DNA of 64,000 bases. Origin: Octopus vulgaris. Its lineage: Eukaryota. Numbering within the stretch: position 1 is the first letter of the stretch; each line of letters begins with the position of its first letter. Below are positions 35,656 through 48,100 of the stretch, one piece after another. Under the pieces are notes generated by a model. It did not search any database and was not told where the DNA came from. It saw only the letters and a list, made by a program, of their open reading frames with translations. Both the position numbers and the translations under genes were made by a program. The DNA lies in the NCBI GenBank assembly GCA_951406725.2, contig OX597816.1, forward strand, positions 66,588,001 through 66,652,000, read 5' to 3'.

Positions 35656-37708
35656 CATCATCATCATCATCATTTAACGTCCGCTTTCCATGCTAGCATT
35701 GGTTGGACGGTTCAACTGGGGTCTGGGGAGCCCGAAAGCTGCACCAGTCCAGTCAGATCTGGCAGTGTTTCTACAGCTGGATGCCCTTCCTAACGCCAAC
35801 CACTCCGAGAGTGTAGTGGGTGATTTTATGTGCCACCGACACAGGTGCCAGACGAGGCTGGCAAACGGCCACGCTCGGATGGTGTTTTTTATGTGCCACC
35901 GACACAGGTGCCAGACGAGGCTGGCAGACGGCCACGCTCGGATGGTGTTTTTATGTGCCACCGACACAGGTGCCAGATGAGGCTGGCAAACGGCCACGAT
36001 CGGATGGTGCTTGTTACGTGCCCACAGCACGGAGGCCAGTCGATGCGGTACTGGCTACGGCCACGTTCGGATGGTTTTCTTGTGTGCCACGTGCCACCGG
36101 CACTGGTACCACAAAGATACAAATTCCATTGATGTTCATCTATTTTGATTTGTTTTGATTTTCACTTGCCTCAACAGGTCTTCACAAGTGTCACAAGAAG
36201 GAAGGTATGCACAGGTGGACTGACTACGTCCCAGGTAGGGGCCATGGGTTATGGCCTGACTAGTCTTGCCGGGTCTTCGGGTGGTGTTTTTATGTGCCAC
36301 CGACACAGGTGCTAGATGAGCCTGGCGAACGGCCACGATTGGATGGTGTTTGTCATGTGCCCACCGCACTGACTACAGCACTGATGGATTTCTTGTGTGC
36401 CACAGGCACTGGTACCACAAGATACAAATTCCATTGATGTTCATCTATTTTGTCTATTTTGATTTGATTTGATTTTCACTTGCCTCAACCGGTCTTCACA
36501 CGTGTCACAAGAAGGAAGGTATGCACAGGTGGACTGACTAGTCTTGCCGGGTCTTCGGAAGGTGTTTTTATGTGCCACCGACACAGGTGCCAGATGAGGC
36601 TGGCGAACGGCCATGATCGGATGGTGTTTGTTACGTGCCCACAGCACGGAGGCCGGTCGATGCGGAACTGGCTACGGCCACGTTCGGATGGTTCTCTTGT
36701 GTGCCACCGGCACTGGTACCACAAAGTGTGTGCCACCGGCACTGGTACCACAAAGATACAGATTCCATTGATGTTCATCTATTTTGATTTGTTTTGATTT
36801 TGATTTTCACTTGCCTCAACAGGTCTTCACAAGTGTCACAAGGAAGGAAGGTATGCACAGGTGGACTGACTACGTCCCAGGTAGGGGCCATGGGTTATGG
36901 CCTGACTAGTCTTGCCGGGTCTTCGGATGGTGTTTTTATGTGCCACCGACACAGGTGCTAGATGAGGCTGGCGAACGGCCATGATCGGATGGTGTTTGTC
37001 ATGTGCCCACAGCACGGAGGCCAGTCGATGCGGTACTGGCTACGGCCACTTTCGGATGGTTTTCTCTTGTGTGCCACCGGCACTGGTACCACAAAGATAC
37101 AAATTCCATTGATGTTCATCTATTTTGATTTGTTTTGATTTGATTTTGATTTTGATTTTCACTTGCCTCAACAGGCCTTCACAAGTATCACAAGGAGGAA
37201 GGTATGCACAGGTGGACTGACTACGTCCCAGGTAGGGGCCATGGTTTATGGCCTGACTAGTCTTGCCGGGTCTTCGGATGGTGTTTTTATGTGCCACCGA
37301 CACAGGTGCTAGATGAGGCTGGCGAACGGATGGTGTTTGTTATGTGCCCACAGCACGATGGCCAGTGATGCGGTACTGACTACGGCCATGTTCGGATGGA
37401 TTCTTGTGTGCCACCGGCACTGGTACCACAAGCGGTACTGACTACTTTTTATGTGCCACCGACACAGGTGCTAGATGAGGCTGGCGAACGGCCACGACCG
37501 GATGGTGTTTGTTATGTGCCCACAGCACGATGGCCAGTGATGCGGTACTGACTACGGCCACGTTCGGATGGATTCTTGTGTGCCACCGGCACTGGTACCA
37601 CAAGCGGTACTGACTACGGCCACGTTCGGATGGATTCTTGTGTGCCACCGGCACTGGTACCACAAAGATACAAATTCCATTGATGTTCATCTATTTTGAT
37701 TTGTTTTG

Positions 37709-37710
<2 letters not shown>
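35655..37710 (-). repeat. SINE D with internally amplified higher-order tandem array
   Basis: D tail (35655-35825), then ~62-bp modules tttatgtgccaccgacacaggtgc...ggatggtgttt, nested in ~306-341-bp units marked by gatgttcatctattttg at 36131, 36437, 36770, 37111 and 37682. Confidence 0.9.
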
Positions 37711-37749
<39 letters not shown>

Positions 37750-37836
37750 CACACACACACACATACATACATATATATATATACATACACACACACACAC
37801 ATACATACATATATATACATATATACATACACATAA

Positions 37837-37875
<39 letters not shown>

Positions 37876-37971
37876 TATATACATACATATATATACATAC
37901 ATACATATACATACATACACACACATATACATACATACATACACACACATATACATACATACACACACACA

Positions 37972-38013
<42 letters not shown>

Positions 38014-38069
38014 TACACACACATATATATATATTATATATATATATACATATTTATATACGTATATAC
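37711..38069. repeat. Compound (TA)n/(CA)n/(TACA)n microsatellite
   Basis: Direct observation, ~360 bp. Confidence 0.95.
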
Positions 38070-38694
38070 AATGGGCTTCTTTCAGTTTCCGTTCACCAAA
38101 TCCATTCACAAGGCTTTGGTCGGCTCAAGGCTATAGTAGAAGACATTTGCCCAAGATGCCATGCAGTGGGACTGAACCTGGAACCATGTGGTTGGTAAGC
38201 AAGCTACTTACCACTCCTGTGCCTATGTGTACTTTTCTGAAAATATGCTATTATTTTACCCCACTACCCACTTTTAACACTCATTTATTTCATTTACTTA
38301 GAAAAAATATGGATTAAATAGCTCCAGAAATGTGTGTTTATAGGCATGGTGTGAGCATGGTCCAAAGGCCTAAATTCAACATGGCAAAGGTCAAACTTCC
38401 AGTTAGAAGCTGACAGCAGGAAATCAGAGTAAAATAAACAAATAAATAAATGGAAAATGTTCATACTCAATACGAAAGGAAAGGAGTAGACAGGAAGTTG
38501 ATTCTGTGCACTGAATGAGAGTAATGAGTACATCAAAGATGTTGTGGGAACTTTGGCAGATAGAGAGAGAGGAATAAGGGCTTCAGATATGATTTATGCA
38601 CAGGACTTAATTAACAGTAGCAAAAGCCTGTGAAATGGTGTCTATGGGCTTTTCAGACAGTTCACAAAGTAATTTCTAAATAATCCATTTAGTG

Positions 38695-39439
38695 CAGGGG
38701 TTCTCAACCATTTTTTATCAATGGACCCCATTTGATTATTTTATTCTGGTGGATCCCTATAGCCATTTCATGTTTAAAAGATACTTTTCTACAGACTTCT
38801 TTCAAAACTCCTATTTTTTTTTTTTTTTCATACATAGGCATAGGAGTGGCTGTGTGGTAAGTAGCTTGCTTACCAACCACATGGTTCTGGGTTCAGTCCC
38901 CCCACTGCATGACACCTTGGGCAAGTGTCTTCTACTATAGCCTCGGGCCGTCTAAAGCCTTGTGAGTGGATTTGGTAGGCGGAAACTGAAAGAAGCCCGT
39001 TGTATATATGTATACATATGTGTATGTGTTTGTGTTAATTGTGTTTGTCCCCCCAACATCGCTTGACAACTGATGCTGGTGTGTTTACTTCCCCATAACT
39101 TAGCGGTTTGACAAAAGAGACCGATAGAATAAGTACTAGACTTACAAAGAATAAGTCTTGGGGGTCAATTTGCTCGACTAAAGGTGCTCCAGCATGGCCA
39201 CAGTCACAGGACTAAAACAAGTAAAAGAGCATACATAAGCTTGTGTTGGTTGAACTATGTGAAATATTAGAGAAAGAAACTTAGCTGTTTCTTGCAATAC
39301 ATATGTCTAAAGCAAAAATATTTCAGGGGTCCTTAAAATATTATTGTGGATCCCCAATTTACTATTTCATTATGTAGAAAACCCCAAAAGTTTTATATGG
39401 ATCCTGCAGGGCCATAGAGACCCCGGTTGAGAATCACTG
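38695..39439. mobile_element. hAT (Charlie-like) non-autonomous element interrupted by SINE A
   Basis: TIRs caggggttctcaacc / ggttgagaatcactg (13/15 match); degenerate 8-bp TSD atttagtg / atttgatg; internal tggaccc motifs. Confidence 0.75.
38836..39228 (+). mobile_element. SINE family A (full length)
   Basis: Complete copy inside the hAT element. Confidence 0.92.
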
Positions 39440-39585
39440 ATTTGATGTAAGAAGTGAATGCAGCAAAAAGCAATAGAAAAGCTTATGAAATTATCGGCTG
39501 TTGTCAATGAAAGGTTCATTCTGGTTTACAGAAAGGCATCCCTATGAAGAGTGTCAAAGACATGTGATGTAACAGCACAATATTC

Positions 39586-39897
39586 TCTTTTACTTGTTTC
39601 AGTCATTTGACTACAGCCATGCTGGAGCACCGCCTTTAGTCGAGCAAATCAACCCCAGGACTTATTCTTTGTAAGCCTAGTACTTATTCTATCGTTTTCT
39701 TTTGCCGAACTAAGTTACAGGGACATAAACACACCAGCATCGGTTGTCAAGCGACATTGGGGGGAACAAACACACACACACTCATATATACATACATAGG
39801 CTATAGTAGAAGACACCCAAGGTGCCACACAGTGGGACTGAACCTGGAGCCATGTTGTTGGTAAACAAGCTACTTACCACACAGTCACTCCTACGCC
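39586..39897 (-). mobile_element. SINE family A with internal deletion
   Basis: Lacks the segment between the microsatellite and ggctatagtag. Confidence 0.88.
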
Positions 39898-40207
39898 AAT
39901 GTGGAAGATTTGCAACGATTAGAGTAAACCGAGGCACATATGTGTTGAATGCGTAATAGTAGCATGTGTGAGGGGCTGTATGCTCATGGGTTAAGAGTGC
40001 CACAGAATGTTACAGGATTCAGGTGTGTTAACTTTAGAGGTTTTGAGATATGATGTAAATGGATAAGAGATGGAGAGGTGGGAGGAGTGAACTATGAGTT
40101 GTCAGAAAAAGGTGCCCACAGGAGAAATGGTGAAGGATTGAAATGATTGGCAGATCTGCATAACCCACAACAGCTTGGGAAATAAGATGACAGTAATCGT
40201 GTGTGTA

Positions 40208-40495
40208 TCATCATCATCATCATCATCATCAACAACATTTAACGTCCGCTTTCCATGCTAGCATGGGTTGGACGATTTGACTGAGGACTGGCAAACCAGA
40301 CTCCAATCTGATCTGGCAGAGTTTCTACAGCTGAATGCTCTTCCTAATGCCAACCACTCCCAAAGTGTAGTGGGTGCTTTTACGTGCCGCCTGACTGGCC
40401 CTCTTGTGGTACTGGCAACTGCCACCCACGCTCAAATAATTTTTTTTACATGCCACCTGCACAGGAGCCAGTCCAGCGGCACTGGCAACGACCTG
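40208..40495 (-). mobile_element. SINE family D
   Basis: (ATC)n tail, tttaacgtccgctttccatgctagc, two modules. Confidence 0.85.
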
Positions 40496-40555
40496 ACGGT
40501 CTGTGTCAGCAAGAATTGTATTTATCAAAAATGTAACAGAAAGACTAAAGTAACA

Positions 40556-40760
40556 TTGATTTCAAATTTTGGCAAGGCCAGCAATTTAAGGGAGGGGGTT
40601 GGTTGATTACACTGACCCGAGTGCTCAACTGGTACTCATTTGATCAACCCTGAAAGGATGAAAGGCAAAAATCAACCTTGGTGGAATTTGAACCCAGAAC
40701 ATAGAGACGGATGAAATGCTGCTAAACATCTTGCCTGGCATGCTAACAATTCTGCCAGCA
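40556..40760 (-). mobile_element. SINE family B
   Basis: Near full-length copy. Confidence 0.85.
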
Positions 40761-41240
40761 TTTGAGATAGATAGAGAGAGGGAGTGGGAGAGAGAGGGAG
40801 GGAGAGAGTTATAGTTTCCTCTACTCCCTAAGAACTATAAAAACATTTACTGAGGTAAATGAATGCAAAATAGTAAAAACTATAGAAGATAAAATGTAGA
40901 TGATTTATATACATAAAAATAATGTCTATAAAATATATATGAAAATAATTATTTTAATGTGGGCTGCAATCTAGATGTCGAAGCTATACTTTGACTTCCA
41001 TAGATAAATAAAATGGTGAAAAGTATCTTGAGAAGCAAGTAAAAATGATATTAAATTAAAATGAGGCTTTGTGTAGGCTCTTCATTAAAAGACAAAATTA
41101 TTTACTATTAAGGGTAGAGTATTCTATATATATTTAGACACTATACAGAAGGCAAAACAATAACTGAAATTCAAGGGAAAACAGGTCCCATCTGATTGCA
41201 TGGTTGTTATCTTGAATTCAACAATTTAAGTAAATTTTAA

Positions 41241-41429
41241 CCCTTCAGTTTTCAAACCAGCCATATCTAGCCCAAATATTTTATTTATGTTTTTTGATCA
41301 AGTTAGCCAGATCCAGCTTCTCACACCTACGCGACATTTTCTAAAAATGAACAATTGATTCATGATTAATTCAAAACAATGTGAATAAATAAGCATTACA
41401 TTTGACAGAATAATCTGAATACTAAAGAG
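41241..41429. mobile_element. piggyBac-like MITE P1
   Basis: TTAA|cccttcag ... aatctgaatactaaagag. Confidence 0.65.
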
Positions 41430-41538
41430 TGAAGAGAATATTTTATAAAGTTCCACATGCAAGTCTTTGTACATACGTTTCCGACATGGAAATTTATGAG
41501 CAAAGACTGATGAAATATGCGTTGTTTCTTGTACTTAC

Positions 41539-41719
41539 GTTTGTGTGCCAGCACACCTCTTGTTTGTCAGCAAAACAGTATGACCCCGGTCAAAGTTCAA
41601 TGTCTGTGAAAGATCTTGACGATCCTTAATTCTGTCGTGTTTCAAAACTTTAGTAGGCAACTCCTTATTTGGTGATTCCCGGGCATCCAGTCCACAGCAT
41701 GGTTTGTAAAAGTTTTCCC
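41539..41719 (-). other. Candidate 181-nt internal exon of a minus-strand gene
   Basis: Minus strand: ttgtcttctttccAG|GGGAAAAC...ACACAAAC|GTAAGTA, with a strong acceptor and donor in unique, GC-richer DNA. One frame is open (ENFYKPCCGLDARESP...KRCAGTQ) but no homology is recognised, so it may be 5'UTR. Confidence 0.55.
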
Positions 41720-42178
41720 CTGGAAAGAAGACAACATAGATGATAATGACATGACAGTAATATAAGAATCTTGAAATCAGGCCCATATTTATAAACACAC
41801 ATTACACACACACACAGGTATGTATTCAAAATATTTGTTTAATTCATACGTGTTCAGAGGCTATAGAAAAACAGAAGTACAAATCAATTTATTTTCTGCT
41901 TGTGACATCTTGTGAGTAAATATATGCATTTGTGTATACAATTGCAAACATGAAGAGAGAAAGGCATTATATTTTGTATATAAAAGTATTGGAATATCTG
42001 AAATAGGTGACAAAATAAGTGTGAAAAAAGAGACACATAGGCAAAATCATTGTCCTATATGTCATTCTAGGGATAAATAAAGAAATCATTATCATCATCA
42101 ACACTGAGAATTGCTGGCCTTGTACCTAAACTAGAAACAGTTATTATTATTATCATTATCATCATCATCATTATTATT

Positions 42179-42677
42179 GAGTGAGGGAGCAGTGCATGCC
42201 ATCAAAGTGACACTGGGGTAAAATATATGAACCCCAGTATACCCATCATGACTACCTATCTGATAAAGGTACACCAGGCACATGCATCACAACCCTATGT
42301 GCACAACAAGGTGATCTCATATCAAGATAAACAGCACATGACCTTGCAGGTGGGGCCCAGTCAGAATTTTCTTCAGGTTGAGTAGTCCATCCTGATCAAA
42401 AGGTCTCTGAATAAGGGTTGTTTAAAGATGTTGAATGAAACACCCATGTTTCCAGAAGTGAATTATTCAAACCCCAAAGAATTCCTCTCAACACATGGCT
42501 ATGATGCTCCGCCACAAACTCTGCTCATGATCAGCAATGCACATATCATCAGCCACAAAGGGAGATGCCCAACTGGTTAAGGTTAAGCAACTGACAAGCA
42601 AATCTGGTATTGAACAGAATATTTGCTGCAGCCCATCATTTATACCAATACAAAACATGTACAAGCTAACACTTCCA
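42179..42677 (-). mobile_element. Unclassified ~500-bp element embedded in (TAA)n/(TGA)n
   Basis: Non-coding block bounded on both sides by ATT/ATC triplet runs; the minus-strand 3' end runs into (AAT)n. Confidence 0.45.
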
Positions 42678-44971
42678 TTATTATTATTATTATTATTGAG
42701 TTCAAATTCCACCGGGGTCAACATTGCCTTTCATCCTTTCAGGGTTAATGAAATAAGTACCAGTGAAACACTGGGGTCAATGTGACTAACTAGTCCCCTC
42801 CCCCAAATTTCAGGCCTTGTGCCAATTGTAGAAAGGATTATTATTGTTGTTATTATTATTATTAGTCAAGGCAATATTTGCCTTTCATACCTCAGTGTTG
42901 AAGAAATAGAGTACCAGTTAAATACTGTGGTTGATATAATTAACTACCCCATCCCTCCAGATTTTGTATTTTTCTATCTTCATGTTAGAAATATGAAGAC
43001 GTTCCAAGTGAGTGGTTTCAACTATCTCAAATAATCAATTTATATTACAAAAGGAAATACTTTTTTTTCTAGAAATATCTTGTACTTAAAAACTCTCATG
43101 CAAGCAATTTAGCTTAAGCAGAAAATTATAGAATGTAATGAGACACAGAAGCAGAGTTTGAACTGGTGAGTTCTATCTTATTCTTCCTTGAACATATTGA
43201 ACACTTCACTACAAAAACTTTTCCCTTGTTTACTAGAAAACATTTGCCTCTTTAATAACTTTAAAACATTATTCATTATTCTTTTCAACTTATTGGCTTA
43301 ACATATGAGGCTTACTACATATGAGACCTTTACATATGGGCTTATAATCCTGGTATCCACACACACACATACATACACTATTCTACTTTAATAACACAGT
43401 GACCGTAGCTGACACTGATCAACAGTCACACAGTGCTAATGAACTTTCTATGTCATTGTCAAACAAGAAATATATCTTTCGACAACCCATAACAAGGATA
43501 AGGAGAAGCTTTATGGTTATATCTCACTGATAACATGCTGCCAAATAAACTGAAATGAAATCTCATTTAACAACTTGTTTTTGATAGTCCAGATTCCAAA
43601 GAATTAATCACATAGATCAAATTCTTTGTTAATTGGTACTTTTAAATGGTAAGCATCAATGTTATTAAGTAGTAAGGCCTTCTAATAGGTCACTTAATAC
43701 GTAAGTTAATTAGTCCTTTGACTGGTGGAGAGCAAAGTGCTAGGATTCCATTGAAACTAAGCAGAAAATATCAGATAAGTTCTATTGAAGAAAGAGTGCA
43801 ATGATCTGTGTGTGTCTAGAGCACACATATGCACACTTGAATGTACAAACAAGAGAGAAAGCACTCAGTATATGTATTACTAAAGTTAATTTATTCATTT
43901 GAAACTAAAGATTTACTTTGTCACTACTTGAGATTCTCACTATGGTTGATCCTTCTGATGACAGTGTAGATGAGTGTGTTTGTTTGAAAAACAAAAACAA
44001 TTGAAATAAAACAGAGGGAAAAAAAAACAAAAAAACTAAAACACGTGTCACCAAACAAACCCAGTTGTCTTCAACAGAAGTAAACTGAATACATTTGATA
44101 AAGCAAAAAAAGCAAGTGTGGTGGTTGTGACGTTGTTGTTTGGGTTCAAGTCAACCTTGATCCAGCAGAACTATGATCAAAGGTATTCCAGCCATGACTT
44201 CCCATAAAAATGATGATGATGCAGGATGGTTAGCAAGAGTTACATAATCTAAAGTCTTTATTTTTAGACAGTAAGATTGTGATTTAGAAATGCCTACAAC
44301 ATGACACAGCTAGTGATGATGTGACTCAACAGCATTGAAGAAATATATTTTACAAGCACATATGTATGGATATATATATGTGTGTCCATATGTGCATATA
44401 TGCAGATGTATATGCATATATGCATGTGCCTGTCTATATATTTTTTGTGTTAAAAAGGAAAAAAAATCTGCAGAATGGTAACATTTATTTTAACCATATA
44501 GTTAGTTCTAAGATGACATAATGCAACAATTATAACGGTGACTCATAGCTATTTGTGAGAAGAACCATCAGACAGAGGCAGTGCGACTATTGAGGAGGAG
44601 AGGGTGATGACATGAATGCAACAAGTTTCAATAGAGAAAATATATAAAATTAAAATTCAGAACAAAATAAGACAAAAAAAAAGAAAAAAAGAAAGAAAAA
44701 AAGGTTCTTGATACAAATTCTTTTGAAAAATAAAAGAAATAAAAATATATATATATACAAAAAAAGAATGAAACGAAATACTGGAAACACAGCATATTTG
44801 AAAATATTCAGATTGGATCTAAAGCTTGTGTTCATCTGTTTAAACAAGTAAATTTAATGAATACAAATATAAATCCGGTAGCACAATATGAAATAGTATC
44901 CCTCTCTTCACACTTAATAGATTTCACTGCTGCAAAACTAATCTCTGCCCTTTTGAATTTGATGACATACC

Positions 44972-45372
44972 TATTTCTTTACTATCCACAAGGGGCTACA
45001 GAGAGGACAAACAAGGACAGACAAATGGATTAAGTTGATTATATCGACCCCAGGGCGTAAATGGTACTTATTTAATCGACCCCGAAAGGATGAAAGGCAA
45101 AATTGATCTCGTCGGAATTTGAACTCAGAACATAGCGGCAGACGAAATACCTATTTCTTTACTACCCACAAGGGGCTAAACACAGAGAAGACAGACAAAC
45201 GGATTAAATCGATTATATCGACCCCAGTGCGTAACTGGTACTTATTTAATCGACCCCGAAAGGATGAAAGGCAAAGTTGACCTCAGCGGAATTTGAACTC
45301 AGAATGTAACGGCAGATGAAATACTGCTAAGCATTTCGCCTGGTGTGCTAACGTTTCTGCCAGCTCGCCGCC
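44972..45372 (-). mobile_element. SINE family B dimer
   Basis: Full unit plus a headless second unit; TSD t(g/a)atgacatacc at 44960 and 45373. Confidence 0.9.
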
Positions 45373-45479
45373 TAATGACATACCAATGACATCTACTTTA
45401 TGTATTGTTGAGTTTTATGCACCGGACTTTGTTACACAGCAAAAACTGATTACAATCCCATTTCAATAACTAAACTGGC

Positions 45480-45848
45480 AGGTGCAGATATGGCTGTGTG
45501 GTGAGGAGTCTGTTTCTGGACCACATGATTCTGAGTTCAGTTGCACTGCATGGCACCTTAGGCAAGTGTCTTCTGCTATAGCTCTGGACCAACCGATGCC
45601 TTGTGAGTGGAATGGTAGATGAAAATTGTGAGGAAGACCAGCATGTGTGTGCATCTATGTTTGTCTTCTCACCCCTTGACAAAACTGGTTTTAGCTTGTT
45701 TATGTCAGAGGAACTTAGCAGTCTAGTAAAAGAGGCTGATAAAGAAAGAACCAGATTTAAAATATGTATACTGGGGTTGATTTGTCTGACAAAATGGTGT
45801 TCCAGCACAGACACAGTCTAATGACTGAAACAAGTAAAATAATAAAAG
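45480..45848 (+). mobile_element. SINE family A (old)
   Basis: Diverged full-length copy. Further old A copies lie at ~46015-46230, 46680-47050, 49290-49445 and 52520-52675. Confidence 0.8.
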
Positions 45849-45954
45849 AGTAATTAATCATCTTATATTACTTATGAAACCTCTTGCAACCATACATCAT
45901 TTACTAATAAAATAAACTTTTGTTTGAAAAGGGCGCATAAATAAATAAATAAAT

Positions 45955-45994
<40 letters not shown>

Positions 45995-47290
45995 TTCTGT
46001 GTGTGTATATGTTAGTATCTGTGTTCATCCCCCACCACCACTTGAATCTGGTGTTGGTATGTTTATGTCCCCATAACTTGGCAGCTCAGCAAAAATGACT
46101 AATAATTAAGTACCAGGCTTTAAAATAATAATAAAAAATACAGAGCGGGGGTTGATTCATTTGATCAAAAATTCCTCTGAGTGGTACGCCAGCAAGGCTG
46201 CAGTCTAATGACTGAAACAAGTAAATGCTAAAAGATACGCTACATCTAGATAAAAGATAGGAAGGACATGACAGGAACATTTTGCTCAGTTAGGTCTGAC
46301 CTGGGACTAAAAACAACTGTGAGAATTACAATTTAACATTAACCCTTACTTAACCCTGCTATTGGCTTTATCTCTAAATCTATGAGTGCTTATAAAGGAC
46401 ATGGAAATTGCTCCTCCTTCTCAGACTAATTAAAGAAAAAGGCAAAGTAACAAAAATTGCTTATTTTGTAAAAATTTTAAATGTCATGTTATTCTTGAAG
46501 GAATATTGACTGTTGCTGGCAGCACTACACACACACACACACACACGCATTATGTGTGGTGCAGATACACAACTATGCTTAAGCATGCAAAGAAAGTATC
46601 TATATGGTTGCTGAACATGCTAGAGATAACAACCAAATTTCATGTTCAAACCAAAATTTACTGTTTAAAAAAAAGGAAACAAGCATGGCTGTGTGGTGAA
46701 GAAGCTTGTTTGCAACTACACGATTTCAGGTTCAGTTCCACTGCAGAGCACCTTGGGCAAGTGTCTTATACAATAACCCCTGGACAATCAATGCCTTGAG
46801 AGTGAATTTAGTAGACATAAACATACATGTGTGCGTGTATGTGTTTCGGTTTGTCCACACTACCACTTGATAACTGGTGTTGGTCTGTTTACATCCTCAT
46901 AACTAAATGTTTTAGCTTAAGAGATTGTAAAAATATAAAAATACCAAACTTAAAATGCATAAGTACTGGGGGCATTTTGCTTGGTTAAAACCCTTTAATC
47001 TGGTGCCCCAACATGGCTGCAGTTCAATGAATGAAACAATGATAGATAAAAGATGAGATTAGATAATGTAGTTCCAGATAACCATTTCTCATCCTCATGG
47101 GTGGTCATGGTTGGAATACCATTAATCATAGCTCTGCTGGATCAAGGCTGACCTCGAACTAAACCTCAACACCTCAACCATCACACATTCTTTTACTTTA
47201 TCAAATAAATTTAGTTTATTTCTCTTGAAGGCAACCAAGCTTCTTAAATGACTTGTCTCCACAGATTTTGCTTCAGTTTCTTCTTCAGTT

Positions 47291-47675
47291 TTATTACCTC
47301 CGCCTTAGTGAAAGCAGAGGTATTGTTTTCGGTCATGTTTGTTTGTTTGTTTGTCTGTCTGTCTGTGGACAAGATATCTCAAGAACTGCTGGATGAATTC
47401 AGATGAAACTTTCAGGAATGTCTGGCCTTGTGACTGGCATGAACTGATTAGATTTTGGGATTGATCCGGTACCGTACAAGGATTCTGGATTATTTTTCTG
47501 TTTTTTTTTTTTTTTACTTAATTTTTGAGACCGGTCAGGTTCATTTTTAGTATTCTTGTTTGTGAGACCAGCCGAGTTTATTTCAGATATTCTCATTTTA
47601 AAAATCATCAGCTAATCGTTGAGAGGACATTGGTGTTGCCTTGGCAGAGGTTTGCGCTCTCTGAGTGCTCTGGTT
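47291..47675 (+). mobile_element. Helentron-associated non-autonomous element (HINE / DINE-1-like)
   Basis: Subterminal IRs acctccgcc (47296) / ggcagaggt (47643); 5' partial IR hairpin; (GTTT)n(GTCT)n microsatellite; 3' stem-loop gcgctc-tct-gagtgc; T-rich ends. Confidence 0.85.
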
Positions 47676-47701
47676 TTAATTGTTTTTGTTTTACAAACAC
47701 A

Positions 47702-48100
47702 CTGTCCGGTGGCGTGGCACGTAAAAAACACCATTCGAGCATGATCATTACCTGCATCGCCTCACTGGCACTTGTGCTGGTGGCACATGAAAAAACATTC
47801 AAGCGAGGTTGTTGCCAGTGCCACTGGGCTGGCTTCAGTGCAGGTGGCACATAAAAAGCACCATTTGAGCGTGGCCGTTGCCAGTGCCACTGGCACGAGG
47901 GCCTGACTGGCCCTCGTGCCAGTGGCACATAAAAGCACTCACTACACTCTTGGAGTGGTTGGCGTTAGGAAGGGCATCCAGCTGTAGAAACTCTGCTAGA
48001 TCTGATTGGAGCCTGGTGCAGCCATCTGGTTTGCCAGACCTCAGTCAAATCGTCCAACCCATGCTAGCATGGAAAGCGGATGTTAAACGATGATGATGAT
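47702..48100 (+). mobile_element. SINE family D with 4 internal modules
   Basis: tggcacrtaaaa modules followed by the standard D tail and (GAT)n. Confidence 0.85.

Noticed and set aside
35825-37700. CRISPR-like repeat-spacer array, or hammerhead core in cagatgaggctggcgaac
   Set aside because: Eukaryotic context and the intervening sequences are repeated rather than unique. The hammerhead-like string deviates at two core positions and lacks a convincing stem III/NUH.
37614-38317. Long ORFs of Y/I/H/T or C/V/M
   Set aside because: Microsatellite read-through.
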